Part shown: piece by piece, positions 26,991 through 40,422 of the stretch | Layout of the letters: every line of letters begins with the position of its first letter | Position numbering within the stretch: position 1 is the first letter of the stretch | Source: Octopus vulgaris | Taxonomy: Eukaryota | Direction: 5' to 3' | Assembly (NCBI GenBank): GCA_951406725.2 | Contig: OX597825.1 | Coordinates: 72,106,001-72,170,000, forward strand | Length of the DNA: 64,000 nt | Program-made: the position numbers and the translations under genes | Notes under the pieces: generated by a model | Databases searched by the model: none | Seen by the model: the letters and a program-made list of their open reading frames with translations, nothing else | What the model was told of the DNA's origin: nothing

Positions 26991-27529
26991 CACACACACA
27001 TATGTCTGTGTGTGTGTGTGTGTGTGTGTATATATAAGAAAACATGCCAACAAAAATCTACTCAAGAGGAAACTTTCATGAGTTGTATACGATCTGAAAA
27101 TAAAGCAAACACACAATGTTGGCAATTTGTAAAATGTTTTCGTTATTGTTTTGTGATTAAGCTTTTAGTGTATTCATTTATGTATAACTTCTCCAAATCC
27201 TTGGCTCGCTATGCATTTGCAATAAACAGCTATCATAAAATGACACAATATATGACTACGACAAAACTAGACAGAAACTTGTCACTACTATTTATATTTC
27301 ATTCAGAAGATAAAACTAATATCTCAAAGATTCAATGAACGAAAGCTCATGACCCTTCGAAACTTAACACAAAATGACAAAATACACCGAAAAATTGAGC
27401 TATTAGAATATATAAGCTATTTGAAATGAAAAATACAGACTTCTACACGCTCATTCACAGCTGAGTTTCGATGCATGTATAAAAATTAAATATATATCAT
27501 AACAAAACAGTTATTTTCGTTGATTTTAT

Positions 27530-28474
27530 TCATGTAGTGCATAAGTTAGTTGGTACAAATATCTTGTGTATGAGTGTCTCATTCTGCTTTAATTCCTCTT
27601 TATAATGTGTTTCGTTGTGCTTTGTTCGAAACACAAAGGGATGTAGATGATACAGTTTACTGCAGGGTACCTTCAAATGAAATTTAGCAGGTACAAACCG
27701 TTCCATTCTATGACTAAATGACGAAGACAGGCAATTCTTTAATGCGGGTTCTCCAACAAATTTATCTATTGCACAGGGGGTAGGTAATTTGATTGACTGA
27801 AACTTCCTGTCATAAAGTGGGAATATTATAGACTTCTTATAATACCGCGTACGATGTGGAGGCAGTTCGTCCCAGATATGAGTTGCGTTTTCTTCAAAGT
27901 AAAATATATCTATATAAGGCCATCTGAACTGTTTCCATTTTAAAGTCTTTAGATTTTTATAAAAAAATTTCCACTGAAAATTATTCGGAGAATAAAGACC
28001 GAAATTAGGTATTGAACTTAATATCTCTTTAGATTTTTTCTTTTCTGTTTTGTTTATCCAGACGTCAATATCATCATCCCATGGTATAAAACCATGATGC
28101 CGTCTAGACCCAATAGCTGTACCACCGTATACCAGATGTGTGATATTGGCACTTGAAAGCGCTCTTGAAAATAGTGAAACCGTTCGTAAAAACATTTCCA
28201 TTTCCACTGAATTTAAGCCTATCGGATAAACTTGAAGTAGCTTTTCATCTTCATTGGTGGAAAACTTTTTCGGGTAATGTATGACGGCACGAATCTTACT
28301 GAGATCGGGTTGCTTCCAAAGTATTACTTTATTCTTGATTTTAACTGACATGCTATGCAACCATTCTTTAGGAATAAATGTTGGTTGCCAATATAATTGG
28401 TTGCCGATTATAATTACGGCTATAAATATCAACAGTATGCATGGTAAAAAACGACGACATTTATTTAGAGCCAT
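27530..28474 (-). CDS. LicD/fukutin-family nucleotidyltransferase, paralog 3 (314 aa)
   Basis: Intact ORF. The ATG equivalent to the other copies is at 28474; the track start at 28507 is a TTG. Confidence 0.9.
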   Translation of the reverse strand: MALNKCRRFLPCILLIFIAVIIIGNQLYWQPTFIPKEWLHSMSVKIKNKVILWKQPDLSKIRAVIHYPKKFSTNEDEKLLQVYPIGLNSVEMEMFLRTVSLFSRALSSANITHLVYGGTAIGSRRHHGFIPWDDDIDVWINKTEKKKSKEILSSIPNFGLYSPNNFQWKFFYKNLKTLKWKQFRWPYIDIFYFEENATHIWDELPPHRTRYYKKSIIFPLYDRKFQSIKLPTPCAIDKFVGEPALKNCLSSSFSHRMERFVPAKFHLKVPCSKLYHLHPFVFRTKHNETHYKEELKQNETLIHKIFVPTNLCTT

Positions 28475-28762
28475 ATCAATTTTTTGGTTTGAAACTTTTT
28501 CGTTCAAGCCTTTTACAAAATAGATTTCTCCATAAAAGAAATATAGCCGATCAATATTAAACTTTTATTTTCCGAGTCATGTTTAGAAACTATAAACATT
28601 TGTGTGCTAACTTTCAGGTCGTTCCACGAGTAATATGATTCATAATGTTTAATTACTTTCGCCAGAATCCATGTTGAACAGATCGAAGAGGCAATTTTCC
28701 ATATTAAACGATTAACAGCGGGATCGTTACTTTAAAATGCTTCTTATCGGTCATTTACATAT

Positions 28763-28789
28763 CTGAAACAATAAATGGAAGAAACAATT
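28763..28789 (-). promoter_or_regulatory. Putative splice acceptor upstream of LicD paralog 3
   Basis: Minus strand reads ttgtttcttccatttattgtttcAG. Confidence 0.6.
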
Positions 28790-29071
28790 ATATGACATTT
28801 GTTGAAGAAGGATAATATTAAACAATTAACAATATTATAAATTTTATTTAATGTTTGGAGCTAATTAAATAGATTTTACTAATAGATGGCTGTCGGGTTA
28901 TTCGAACATATCAACTCCAGTAATTATGTTAAGCCTGGTACTTATTCTGTTGCACTCTTTTGCCAAAGTGCTAAGTTAAGAGGATGCAAAAGGTCGCCAT
29001 CATTTGTCAAGTGGTAGTAGGACAACAAACAGACACACATGCACACATGCACACCCCCACGAATCTAGACT

Positions 29072-29139
<68 letters not shown>

Positions 29140-29942
29140 TGTGTATAATTATATATATATATATGATGGGCTTCCACGCAGTTTCTACTGTCTTATAAAT
29201 TCACTCACGAGGCATTAAATGGTCAGAGATATAGTAGTTGACACATGCCAAATGCGCCACGTAATGGAAGGGAATTCGAAACAATGTGGTTACGAAGTTA
29301 ACTTCTTCACTACACATCCATACCTAGTTATACAAATAACTCCAAATAAACAGAGAACTTAATACTACAACTCATTGTCACGTTCTACCAGTTCTGTGAC
29401 ATACCGTTTGTGCATGTTATATATCTAAGACATCTAAGATGTTTACTCTGGATTTATAAAGAAAATTTACTGAACAAATTAATGTGACGCAAAAGTGCCC
29501 GAATCTTTCAAATTATTTATTTTTTTCCAGATTGTAACTCAATATTGGTAACAAATTTTGGCACAAGGCCAGCAATTTCAGGGGAATGGGCAAATCGATT
29601 TCATCTAGTAATTACCTTACCGACCCCAAACGGATGAAAGACAAATTCAACCTCAGTAGAATTTTATCTCAGAACGTGAAGACGGACGAAAAGCAGCTAA
29701 GCATTTTACCCGTTATACAAACGATTTTCCCCGCTCGCCACCTGCCAAAGTTGCCTTTTAATACTGGTTACAAATTTTGGCACAAGGCCATCAATTTCGG
29801 GGAAATTGATTAGTTGATTAGTTTGACTCCAGTGATCACCTGGTACTTATATTTGAACTCAGAACACGAACACAGACAAAATGTCGCTAAGTATTTTGTT
29901 CGGTGTCCTTACGATTCTGCCAGCTCACCGACATAACTTGTA

Positions 29943-30481
29943 CTCTTTTACTTGTTTCAGTCATTTGAGTGTGGCCATGCTGGAGCACCGCCTTTAGTCG
30001 AGTAACTCGAACTCAGGACTTATTCTTTGTAAGCCTAGTACTTATTCTATCGGTTCTTTTGCCGAACCGCTAAGTTACGGGGACGTAAACGCACCAGCAT
30101 CGGTTGTCAAGCGATGTTGGAGGGACAAACACAGACACACAAACATATACACACACATACATATATATATATATGGAGGCGCAATGGTCCAGTAGTTAGG
30201 GCAGCAGACTCGCTGTCATAGGAACGCGGTTTCGATTCCCAGACCGGGTGTTTTGAGTGTTTATTGAGCGAAAACACCTAAAGCTCCACGTGGCTTCGGC
30301 AGGGGGTAGTGGCGACCCTGCTGTTCTCTTTCGCCACAACTTTCTCTCACTCTTTATTCTGTTGGCCTGCTCGCTTAGCCAGCGAGGTGGTGTTATATGA
30401 AGGCTAAAACAATTCGAAGCACATGGTGACCAGCGATGTGTAGCAACATCTGATAGCCTGGTCGGTCACGGGGATCACTGT

Positions 30482-30543
<62 letters not shown>

Positions 30544-30721
30544 TATATATATATACATATATATATACATATATACGACGGGCTTCTTTCAGTTTCCGTC
30601 TACTAAATCCACTCACAAGGCTTAGGTCGGCCCGAGGCTATAGTAGAAGATACTTGGCCAAGGTACCACGCAGTGGGACTGAACCCGGAATCATGTGGTT
30701 GGTAAGCAAACTACTTACCAC
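29943..30721 (-). mobile_element. SINE family A split by a family C insertion
   Basis: Tail at 29943-30150, head at 30575-30721. Confidence 0.75.
30175..30484 (+). mobile_element. tRNA-derived SINE family C variant
   Basis: Head ggaggcgcaatggtccagtagttagggcag...ggtttcgattccc shared with 57356, different tail. Confidence 0.75.
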
Positions 30722-30980
30722 TCCTAAATATTGATTAAACCAAAGGCTTATTCAATTATTAAGGTACTTTGTGCAAGTGTCTTCAGAAACTGAAGGAAGT
30801 GCGTCGTTTATGTTTATGTCAGTGTGTGCGTATGTGTGTGTGTGCGTTTGTGTGCTCACACCACCGCTTGATAGACGGTATTGTTTTTTTATCCCCACGT
30901 AAAAACAGCGACCCGGCAAAAGAGATTGGTAGGATAAGTACCAGGCTTACACACGCTCACACACACACACATAGATAGAT

Positions 30981-32078
30981 AAGTTTCTTTATTGGCCACA
31001 CAGGGCTGCACACAGATAGGACAAGTTACAAGGTAGAGCTTTTCTTTTGGGGGATGAAAAAAACAAAAAACAAAAGAAAAAAAAAGAAAAAGGGGTGGCG
31101 TAGGTTTTCGATCAAGAGGGATCGTAAAAGGGAAGAAAAGAACAAAAAAAAATAAATAAAAGAAAAAAGAAAAAAGAAAAAAAAAGAACAGGAAAAGGAA
31201 CAAAAGAAAAGAGAAATGAAAAAAGAAGAAAAAAGGGGGAAAAAGGGGAAGAGGAAAAAAAACGATCAATAGGGATCGTGTATCACAGTGTTATGATATA
31301 TGGTGTAAAGGGGAAAGCAAGTAAGGTTTATCCGTGGGAAGAAAAGCCTACGAAAAGGACCACGGTAACCTTGGTCAATATTGTTATATGTTACCACATT
31401 TGTTTGCAAGTGGGTAACCCTCTGTTTTCAATTTCTGGGTTCATAGGATTATGCTCAAGGTGGCTTCGTCATTCATACGTGCCATCCTTGCTACATTCAC
31501 CCATCTTTTTTTAAACATTCGCTAGACAAAACTTGCCTCTCTACTCTCACTTTCCTTTTCAAGTGGTACTTGAAGAAGTTGATGAGAGATTGACCAGAGA
31601 GGAAAGTGTTTGTCTCTAATCCTTTTAGGCGCGTCCACCAGATACATTCTTTCGCCATAGCCACAAGTATGATAAAAATAGCTCTTCCTTCCCGTTTGAA
31701 GGAAGGAGGCGTGACGACATTAACGATAGACTCGGCTGATAAACCGACACGTCCCACACGTGACAGCAGTCGTTCGACATAAGCCCACAGGTCGGAGATT
31801 GTTGGACACTGCATGATTGCGTGCAGAACGGTCTCGTCGCTCTGCCCGCATCTCGGGCAAGTCGGCCCCGTGTTTCTCGAGCCATGCCTATAGAGCTTAT
31901 CTCGAACGGGTAGCGCTTCTCGGTAGCACTGCCAGGCCAGGGATCTCTGGAAGTTGTCCATAGGTCCCGGCCCGAAAGTCGTTTCAAACAAGCGGGTCAG
32001 GTATTCCTCGTCGACGCCTAGGTTTGCCCCAAGATCGTCGTCGTACCTCCCCTCCACTAATCCCCTATAGAATGCTTT
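30981..32078 (-). mobile_element. 5'-truncated L1/Tx1-like LINE (zinc-finger C-terminus + 3' UTR)
   Basis: ORF 31497-32057 with ALPVRDKL..CPRCGQSDETVLHAIMQC (zf-RVT-like); AATAAA near the 3' end; flanked by (GATA)n. Confidence 0.8.
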
Positions 32079-32097
32079 AGATATATAGAAATAATGA

Positions 32098-32502
<405 letters not shown>

Positions 32503-32505
32503 TAA

Positions 32506-32590
32506 GTGTATTCTACTATAGCCTCGGGCCGATCAAAGCCTTGTGAGTGGATTTGTAGATTTGGCAGACGGACACTGAAAGAAACATGAC

Positions 32591-32663
<73 letters not shown>

Positions 32664-32885
32664 CGTGTGTGTGTATGTATGTGTGTCTGTGTCTGTATGT
32701 GTTTGTCCCCCACAACATCGCTTGGCAACCGATGCTGGTGTGTTTATATCCCTGTAAATTAGCGGTTCGGCAAAGAAACCGATGAAATTAGTACTAAGCT
32801 TACAAAGAATAAATCCTGGGATCGATTTACTCGACTAAAGGTGGTGCTCCAGCATGGCTGCAGTCAAATTACTAAAACAACTAAG
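32506..32885 (+). mobile_element. SINE family A, 5'-truncated
   Basis: Similarity to the family A consensus. Confidence 0.75.
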
Positions 32886-33170
32886 AGAAGATATATGTGC
32901 ATATATATGAATTTTTTGCGTAATGAAATAAAAAACGATGGCTGTGTAGATATTAGAACATATATAAATGTTCTAATATCCACACAGCCTTCGTTTTTTA
33001 TCTCATTACGCAAATAATTCTTATATACACACGCTGACATATGACCAACGTTGAACCCCTTATTCATTATTCATTTTACATTAGCTAGGTGTAAAATACG
33101 TTTGTTTGTTGAAAATATTTAAATTGAATTGAATTTATGATTCTTCAATTTATTGTTTTGTTTTACATTT

Positions 33171-33236
<66 letters not shown>

Positions 33237-33247
33237 AAATGTAAAAC

Positions 33248-33279
<32 letters not shown>

Positions 33280-33435
33280 GTATGTATGAGGGATGATGAC
33301 CACTATGTGGACAACTCTAAAGCTAGAAGGAGATCCGCTATGATCTTACCACTAAGAAATGTTCTCTAGAAAATTTAGCAAACACCAGAAACGTAAGCGA
33401 ACAAGACAAATGAAAAGTAACAAAAATATAGATTT

Positions 33436-33511
33436 ATCATAAACAATGTTTCACTATCAACAGATTACATAATTTCACTTACGCAATTTGTCCGTAGATC
33501 TTCAGTATGAT
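33436..33511 (-). ncRNA. Type I hammerhead with extended stem II
   Basis: atcata-CTGAAGA-tcta...tagt-GAAA-c-att-g-TT-tatgat; lies at the end of the direct repeat 33300-33450 / 33824-33972. Confidence 0.65.
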
Positions 33512-34102
33512 CGTCCATATGAATATTATTTGCAGAACTACACACCAGACGTCCGCACGAGGTTGACATGTATGTAGTTCTACCTTTTACATTTGTGGTT
33601 AATTTTTCAAAAGTCCCCGTTTTGGTGCACTAAATTGCCGGAAAAATTACTGCATAAAATAAGTCACTGCAGTAGCCTTTGCCGTTTTGAGAACGTATTA
33701 ATTTAAAATTAAAATTAAAATGAAGGTGGAAAATTGGATATTAATTTGATAACATCAATTTAACACCAGTAGTCTAGCATAGTGAAAAACTGAAGGCTCA
33801 GTAAATTGTATTATATAGTTGTACACTATGTGGACAACCCTAATGCTAGAAGTAGATCCGCTATGGTCTTACCACTAAGAAATGTTCTCTAGAAAATTCA
33901 GCAAACACCAGAAACGTAAACGTGCAAGACAAAAGAAAAGTAACAAAAATATAGATTAATCATAAACAATGTTATAATCATGTATATATATATATATATA
34001 TATTCGAAACGTAAAAGACTTTTTCTATTCCTGAGCGCTATACTAATACATTTGTTTGTTTGTACTCCACCTTCGTCTTTTGTTTATTTTCGTAAACTTT
34101 CC

Positions 34103-34158
<56 letters not shown>

Positions 34159-34227
34159 GAAGGTTTGAAAATGCAATTTTAAAAGATGTTTATTTACTTT
34201 ACTGGTTTCACTTTTTAGAAACAGGTA

Positions 34228-35064
34228 GTCAAAAGTAAGATGTAAAAGTTTGGTTGTGTTAATTATTGGTTGTCACAAAATGCTACTATACATATATACA
34301 GTCTTTGGTAACAAGAACATGTTAAGGACATAAAAAAGTTTAACAAGTTCATTAAAATATTGGGCACAAAAGATTACAACATATATATATACATTCTCAA
34401 GAAAATGTTAAAGATAGTTTCCAGAAGGAATTATTAAAAAGTTCAGTGGAATATATTGGTATTGTATCTGTATATACATACACGCACAGAATATTGGTTG
34501 TCACAAATTACTACAATACATATGCACATTCTTTGGTAACAAGAACGTATTAAGAACATAAAAAAGTTTTAAAAGTTCATTAAAATATTGGGCACAAAGG
34601 ATTACAACATATATATATACAATGACATTTTTAATAATTCCTTCTGGAAACTATCTTTAACATTTTCTTGAGAATGTATATATATATTGTAACCCTTTGT
34701 GCCCAACATTTTAATGAACTTTTAAAACTTTTTTATGTTCTTAATACGTTCTTGTTACAAAAGAATGTGTATATGTATTGTAGTATTTTGTGACAACCAA
34801 TATTCTGTGCGTGTATGTATATACAGATACAATACCAATATATTCCACAGAACCTTTTAATAATTCCTCCTGGAAACTAACTTTAAGATTTTCTTGAGAA
34901 TGTATATATATGTTGTAATCTTTTGTGCCCAGTAGTTTAACGAACTTGTTAAACTTTTTTATGTCCTTAACATGTTCTTATTACCAAAGACTGTATATAT
35001 GTATAGTAGCATTTTGTGACAACCAATAATTAACACAACCAAACTTTTACATGTTACTTTTGAC
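34228..35064. repeat. Large foldback; each arm contains a ~240 bp tandem duplication
   Basis: 34228-34620 is reverse-complementary to about 34675-35064. Confidence 0.9.
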
Positions 35065-35298
35065 AATCTCCAATTTTTCCCCATCTGTGTAGTAATCAGC
35101 TAGTCCACCATCGCTCACGAGGAGCTGGTCAGTATAAAAAGCAGTTTAATAATTCACGATCTATTAAGCTATGTCATCTAGTCGATCGTGCAGAATTTAT
35201 GGAAAATCGTTGTTGCTGCTCCATGATTTCTCGCCAATTTATTCTGTTGTTAGCAATACGCACATACACACATATATATATAATAATAATATAAATGA

Positions 35299-35332
<34 letters not shown>

Positions 35333-35393
35333 ATATACATACATATTTGTGAAGAAGTAACATTTTGGATATGAATAAATACATATATATAGG

Positions 35394-35450
<57 letters not shown>

Positions 35451-35866
35451 ATTATATATATAATTATAATTTAGGGCATCTACGAAATACCGCCTTGCTG
35501 AAAATAGCAGCTAAAATCTGACTCTGGCGGTATCTCGTAGATACCCTAAATTGTAATTTTAATGATAATTATTACCTTTGAAAGTTTTAATTTCCTTGCT
35601 GGCCACTCGATAGGACCGTTATTTAATTTAAATCAACGATCTTATCCTTACATATATAATATATGATATATATATATATATATATATATATTTAAAAAAG
35701 GAGATGTGGAACACGAGTTGTGATATATAAAAAAAGGAAATGAAGAAATTGCTGACAAAATAATTTAAGTAAGGGAGAGTGTATTTAATTAGGTTAAATA
35801 CACTCTCCCTTACTTAAATTATTTTGTCAGCATTTTTTCATTTCCTTTATATATATATATATATAT

Positions 35867-36204
35867 ACATACAAAATTAAGAGGAATGATCACTAAAGTG
35901 GACTCTTAATGTGCTAAATATAGACGTCAAATCGCCATTACCACGAAGAGTGTATTCTCAAGAGAAATTTCAGCAAAACGGCAAAATGTAAAAATGACCA
36001 AGACAAATGAAAGCATACGAAATAAAGGTCGATTACCTACGTTTTTTTTTTATTCTCGTATATTTTCATTTGTCTTGGCTCATTTTTACGTTTTGCTGAA
36101 ACTTTTCTTGAGAACACATTCTTCGTTGGTAATGGGGATTTGACGTCTACATTTAGCATATTAGGAGTCCACTTTAGTGGTCTCTTTCTCTTAGTTTTGT
36201 ATGT
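35867..36204. repeat. Inverted repeat of a PLE-type terminus related to the 33300 family
   Basis: Arms about 35867-36020 and 36056-36204; shares cacta..gtggac...caagacaaatgaaa with 33301. Confidence 0.8.
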
Positions 36205-36325
36205 AATATAATTTTTAATCTTCGGATTGTTTAAATATGCTAACCCACTGGCTTTAATTGATTAGTACCAATTTCTACCCTCAATATTTAATTTACATGC
36301 ATACATATATACATACATACATACA

Positions 36326-36475
<150 letters not shown>

Positions 36476-36510
36476 ATATAGGAGAGTGTTGGCATTCGCA
36501 TATCATTATA

Positions 36511-36890
36511 CTAGCAGTATCGCCCGGCGTTGCTCGGGTTTGTTTCGACCCTTTAGAATTGGAATTTTTGAAAAGTAAAAATTTTCCATTATGTTGCTTG
36601 TTATTCTCTTTAAGTGAACATTTTTCTTGTTGAAATACACCTAAAAATGGCGACACAGCAGTCAAAAAATCGTAAAAACACCTTTTTGATGTAAAGAAAT
36701 TTTTGATGTAAATAAATTTTAACATGGTCCGATTTGAATGTTTTCTTCTACGGAATAAAGAGCAAGCCTTCTTCTATCATACTCTCAATTTTGGTCAACT
36801 TGCGCCGCAGGGCCTCGGAGGGTGTTAGTTGAAGGCTACCAAACCTACCACACTCACACACACAGACAACTTCAGCTTTATATATATAGA
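36511..36890 (-). mobile_element. Non-autonomous Helitron
   Basis: TC...hairpin...CTAG ends at A|T; terminal ~33 bp identical to the 4159 element. Confidence 0.8.
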
Positions 36891-36910
36891 TTATTAAAAT
36901 GAAAACATAA

Positions 36911-37447
36911 AGCGGCAAGCTGGCAGAATCGTTAGCAAGCGGGACAAAATGCTTAGCGAAGTTTCGTCAGTCTTAACGTACTGAGTTCGAATTCCGCCGA
37001 GGTCGACTTTGCATTTCATCCTTTTGGAGTCGATGAAACAAATACCAGTTATGCACTGGGGTTGATGTAATCGACTATCCTCCTCCCCAAATTTCAGGCC
37101 TTGTGCCTATAATAGAAAGGATTATTATTAAACTAAAAATTATCCCAAAAAGCGATCTCTACTCATTTTTCAAGTATTTAATACTATACTAAAAAATTCT
37201 CTTTTATTATTCAACTATATTATTCGAGCTGGCAGAAGCGTTAGCGCGCTGGGCGAAATGCTTAGCGGTATTTCGTCTGTCGTTACGTTCTGAGTTCAAA
37301 TTCCGCCGAGGTCGACTTTGCCTTTCATCCTTTCGGGGTCGATAAATTAAGTACCAGTTACGCACTGGGGTTGGTGTAATCAACTTAATCCCTTTGTCTG
37401 TCCTTGTGTGTCCCCTCTATGTTTAGCCCCTTGTGGGCAGTAAAGAA

Positions 37448-37450
<3 letters not shown>
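36911..37450 (+). mobile_element. Two family B SINEs (36911-37130 and 37225-37450)
   Basis: Similarity to the family B consensus. Confidence 0.8.
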
Positions 37451-37522
<72 letters not shown>

Positions 37523-37962
37523 TGTGCATGCAGGCGCCAGTGCGAGCTTGCGATCATCTGCATTTATTTTTAATGTTTTGTGTTTATGCCAATCCAACCA
37601 AATAATGAAACACAATGAATTATTCTGCCGCAAAGTCAACCACGCATGCATGTACGCTCATGCGCGCTCATACACGCACACACACACACGTGTGTGTGTG
37701 TGTGTGCGTGCGTGTATGTTTGTGTGTTGTATGAGTGTTGGTGGTTCTCGATCGGCTTCGATTTTGAGAATTCAGTCGATGGATTAAGTGTACTATGTGC
37801 GCTTGGACGTATATATATATATATATATATATATCTATATATTATTGTTTATAATCACCCCGCATTATCTTATGGTTAATACCATATAGATTTCTGGTGC
37901 ATCTAAGTTAAGTACCGCATTCATGTGAATTCAACAGAACTCACTTGAATCTTAATTGCTTT

Positions 37963-38108
<146 letters not shown>

Positions 38109-38647
38109 CCAGTTCTGTCTTTGTTTTTTGTGCGCTTTTAACTAGAGTATTGTTCATCCGATCCCGCTAAAAATTTTAAGCATGGATACATGAGAGAACG
38201 GGGTGTTCCATAATCTAAAAAGATTTGTTGTAATCTTTTTTCCTGTTTCTTTCGCAATCGTGCTCATTAACCGACATTCTAAACAATTCATTTCTACGTC
38301 TTCACATTCAAATGACAGATAAATAAAGCTTGTCTCATTTCGATTTAAATGTTAGACCACGAACAACTGTATTGATTCCTGCGTTTTCACACGTTTGTAA
38401 GCGGCTAAAAAATTGATATCACTCTAACTCTAATTAACAGTAATCAACAACATGCATCCGCGGACAATTATGTTCTTATGGCTGTTTTTCGTGCAATAAA
38501 CCAGCTGACATGAAAAACTAATAGGAGAAGCCAGTTATTTTAAGTGAGTAAAAAAGTGAAAATAAGGCAAATAAATAACTGGTGATCACTCAATTTTCTG
38601 AAGATATTCTCAACAAAATTCAACTGAAAGTAGAAAAGACTAATTGT

Positions 38648-39919
38648 GGTGTTTGGTGATTGCATGGGGTTGTTGCTTTTGATTAGGGCATTAAAGATTC
38701 CTGAGACGTTAAAATTGTTGACAGACAGTCTCTTCTAAATAAGGAAATTTGATTAATAGTAAATCGTAACACAGTGAACCTTTTCAAAATTGTCATGTGG
38801 CCAATAAAATTATGGAAAGCTGTTCAGCCCACAATACTGCTTATTTTTAAAGTTGGATGAGAAACGTTAGGCAAGTTTTTTAGATGTACTCCCCCCCCCC
38901 CAATTTTTCACGTTGCTTGTAAAACATGAAAAATTTAGTGGGGTATTACATCTAAAAAACTTGCCTAACGTTTCTCATCCAACTTTAAAAAATAAGCGGT
39001 ATTGTTCAATTTTTGAGATAAAATTGATTTGCATAGATCATGCCTTATGTTATTTTATTGCACATTGTGTTATTTCACCCCCGCGTTTCAACTCTTTTTG
39101 TGTCAGGTTTTGTGAGAAGAGAGACTTCTCGAAGCATCTTTGCGCCTTTATTGAGTAGTATTTTCTGTTTTCCTGTCCATCGGGTGATTAAAACGTCTTA
39201 TTTCTTTACTACCCACAAGGGGCTAAACATAGAGGGGACAAACAAGGACAGACAAACGGATTAAGTCGATTACATCGACCCCCAGTGCGTAACTGGTACT
39301 TAATTTATCGACCCCGAAAGGATGAAAGGCAAAGTCAACCTCGGCGGAATTTGAACTCAGAATGTAACGGCAGACGAAATACGGCTACGCATTTCGCCCG
39401 GCGTGCTAACGGTTCTGCCAGCTCACCGCCCTATTTATATTTTTATTCGAAACTAATGCTACTTTTCCCGTAGTTCTTAAAACCACGCCAGTGAAAATCG
39501 AAATAAAATACGTAAAGCAACAGTCGTCAAATGCAAAAGCCAAAGAACTGTTTATTGCTTAAATATCACTTGCAATACTCACTTCGGAAATAAAACAGTG
39601 TTTAGTCTGACGTGTAAGTGTCAACATGAGGTATGTACTAAGGAAGAGTATATTGTGCTTATCCTAATGTGAAAGTGTTTGAGTGCAAAAAGTTTAAGGT
39701 TAATTATGATGTCCTATTCCACAGGAAGTTGTATGTATTGTGGGCTGAACAGCTTTCCTTCAGTTTATTGGCCACATGACAATTTTGAAAAGGTTTACTG
39801 TGTTAAGATTCACTATGAATCAATTTTCCTTATTTAGAAGAAACAGTTCTAATATATCAAGAATCTTTAATTCCCTAACCAAAACCAAAAGCAACAATCC
39901 CATGCAATCACCAAACATC
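38648..39919. repeat. Interrupted foldback element
   Basis: 38648-38910 pairs with 38925-39005 plus 39735-39919; the intervening insert includes a family B SINE at 39197-39431 on minus. Confidence 0.75.
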
Positions 39920-40354
39920 TGCACAACTTATCACCGTCCGAGTTAACCCTCTTCACCAATAAAAACCGTCCAATGGACGGGGGGTGGCGTTTGCTAGTAT
40001 ATATATATATATATATATATAGCACGTGGATTTAATCACATGGATCTCAATCCTCCAAGGTAATTTTTTCAAGAACTATCATTAAATTCGAGATACACAA
40101 AGACTTTACAATGTATCGGAATACCTATTTTTTTATTTTTGTACATGTTTATTTTTATTATTTTTTTCTCAAAAATTCTTGAAAAGTCACATTGTGACGA
40201 AAACCGATTTGAATTAATATATATATATTTTATTAATTTTTTAAAATTTTCCATACACCCATTTTCATTAAAATTTTCCTTCAATTCTGCCTTTTTAATT
40301 TTACCTTGCCTATCATTTTTCCACGTGCGGTCAACACAACTGCACCATTTATTG

Positions 40355-40418
<64 letters not shown>

Positions 40419-40422
<4 letters not shown>

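Noticed and set aside
17569-28474. Horizontal transfer of bacterial licD
   Set aside because: The signal anchor, splice acceptors and host-like composition fit the native animal LicD/fukutin family; a phylogeny would be needed to claim transfer
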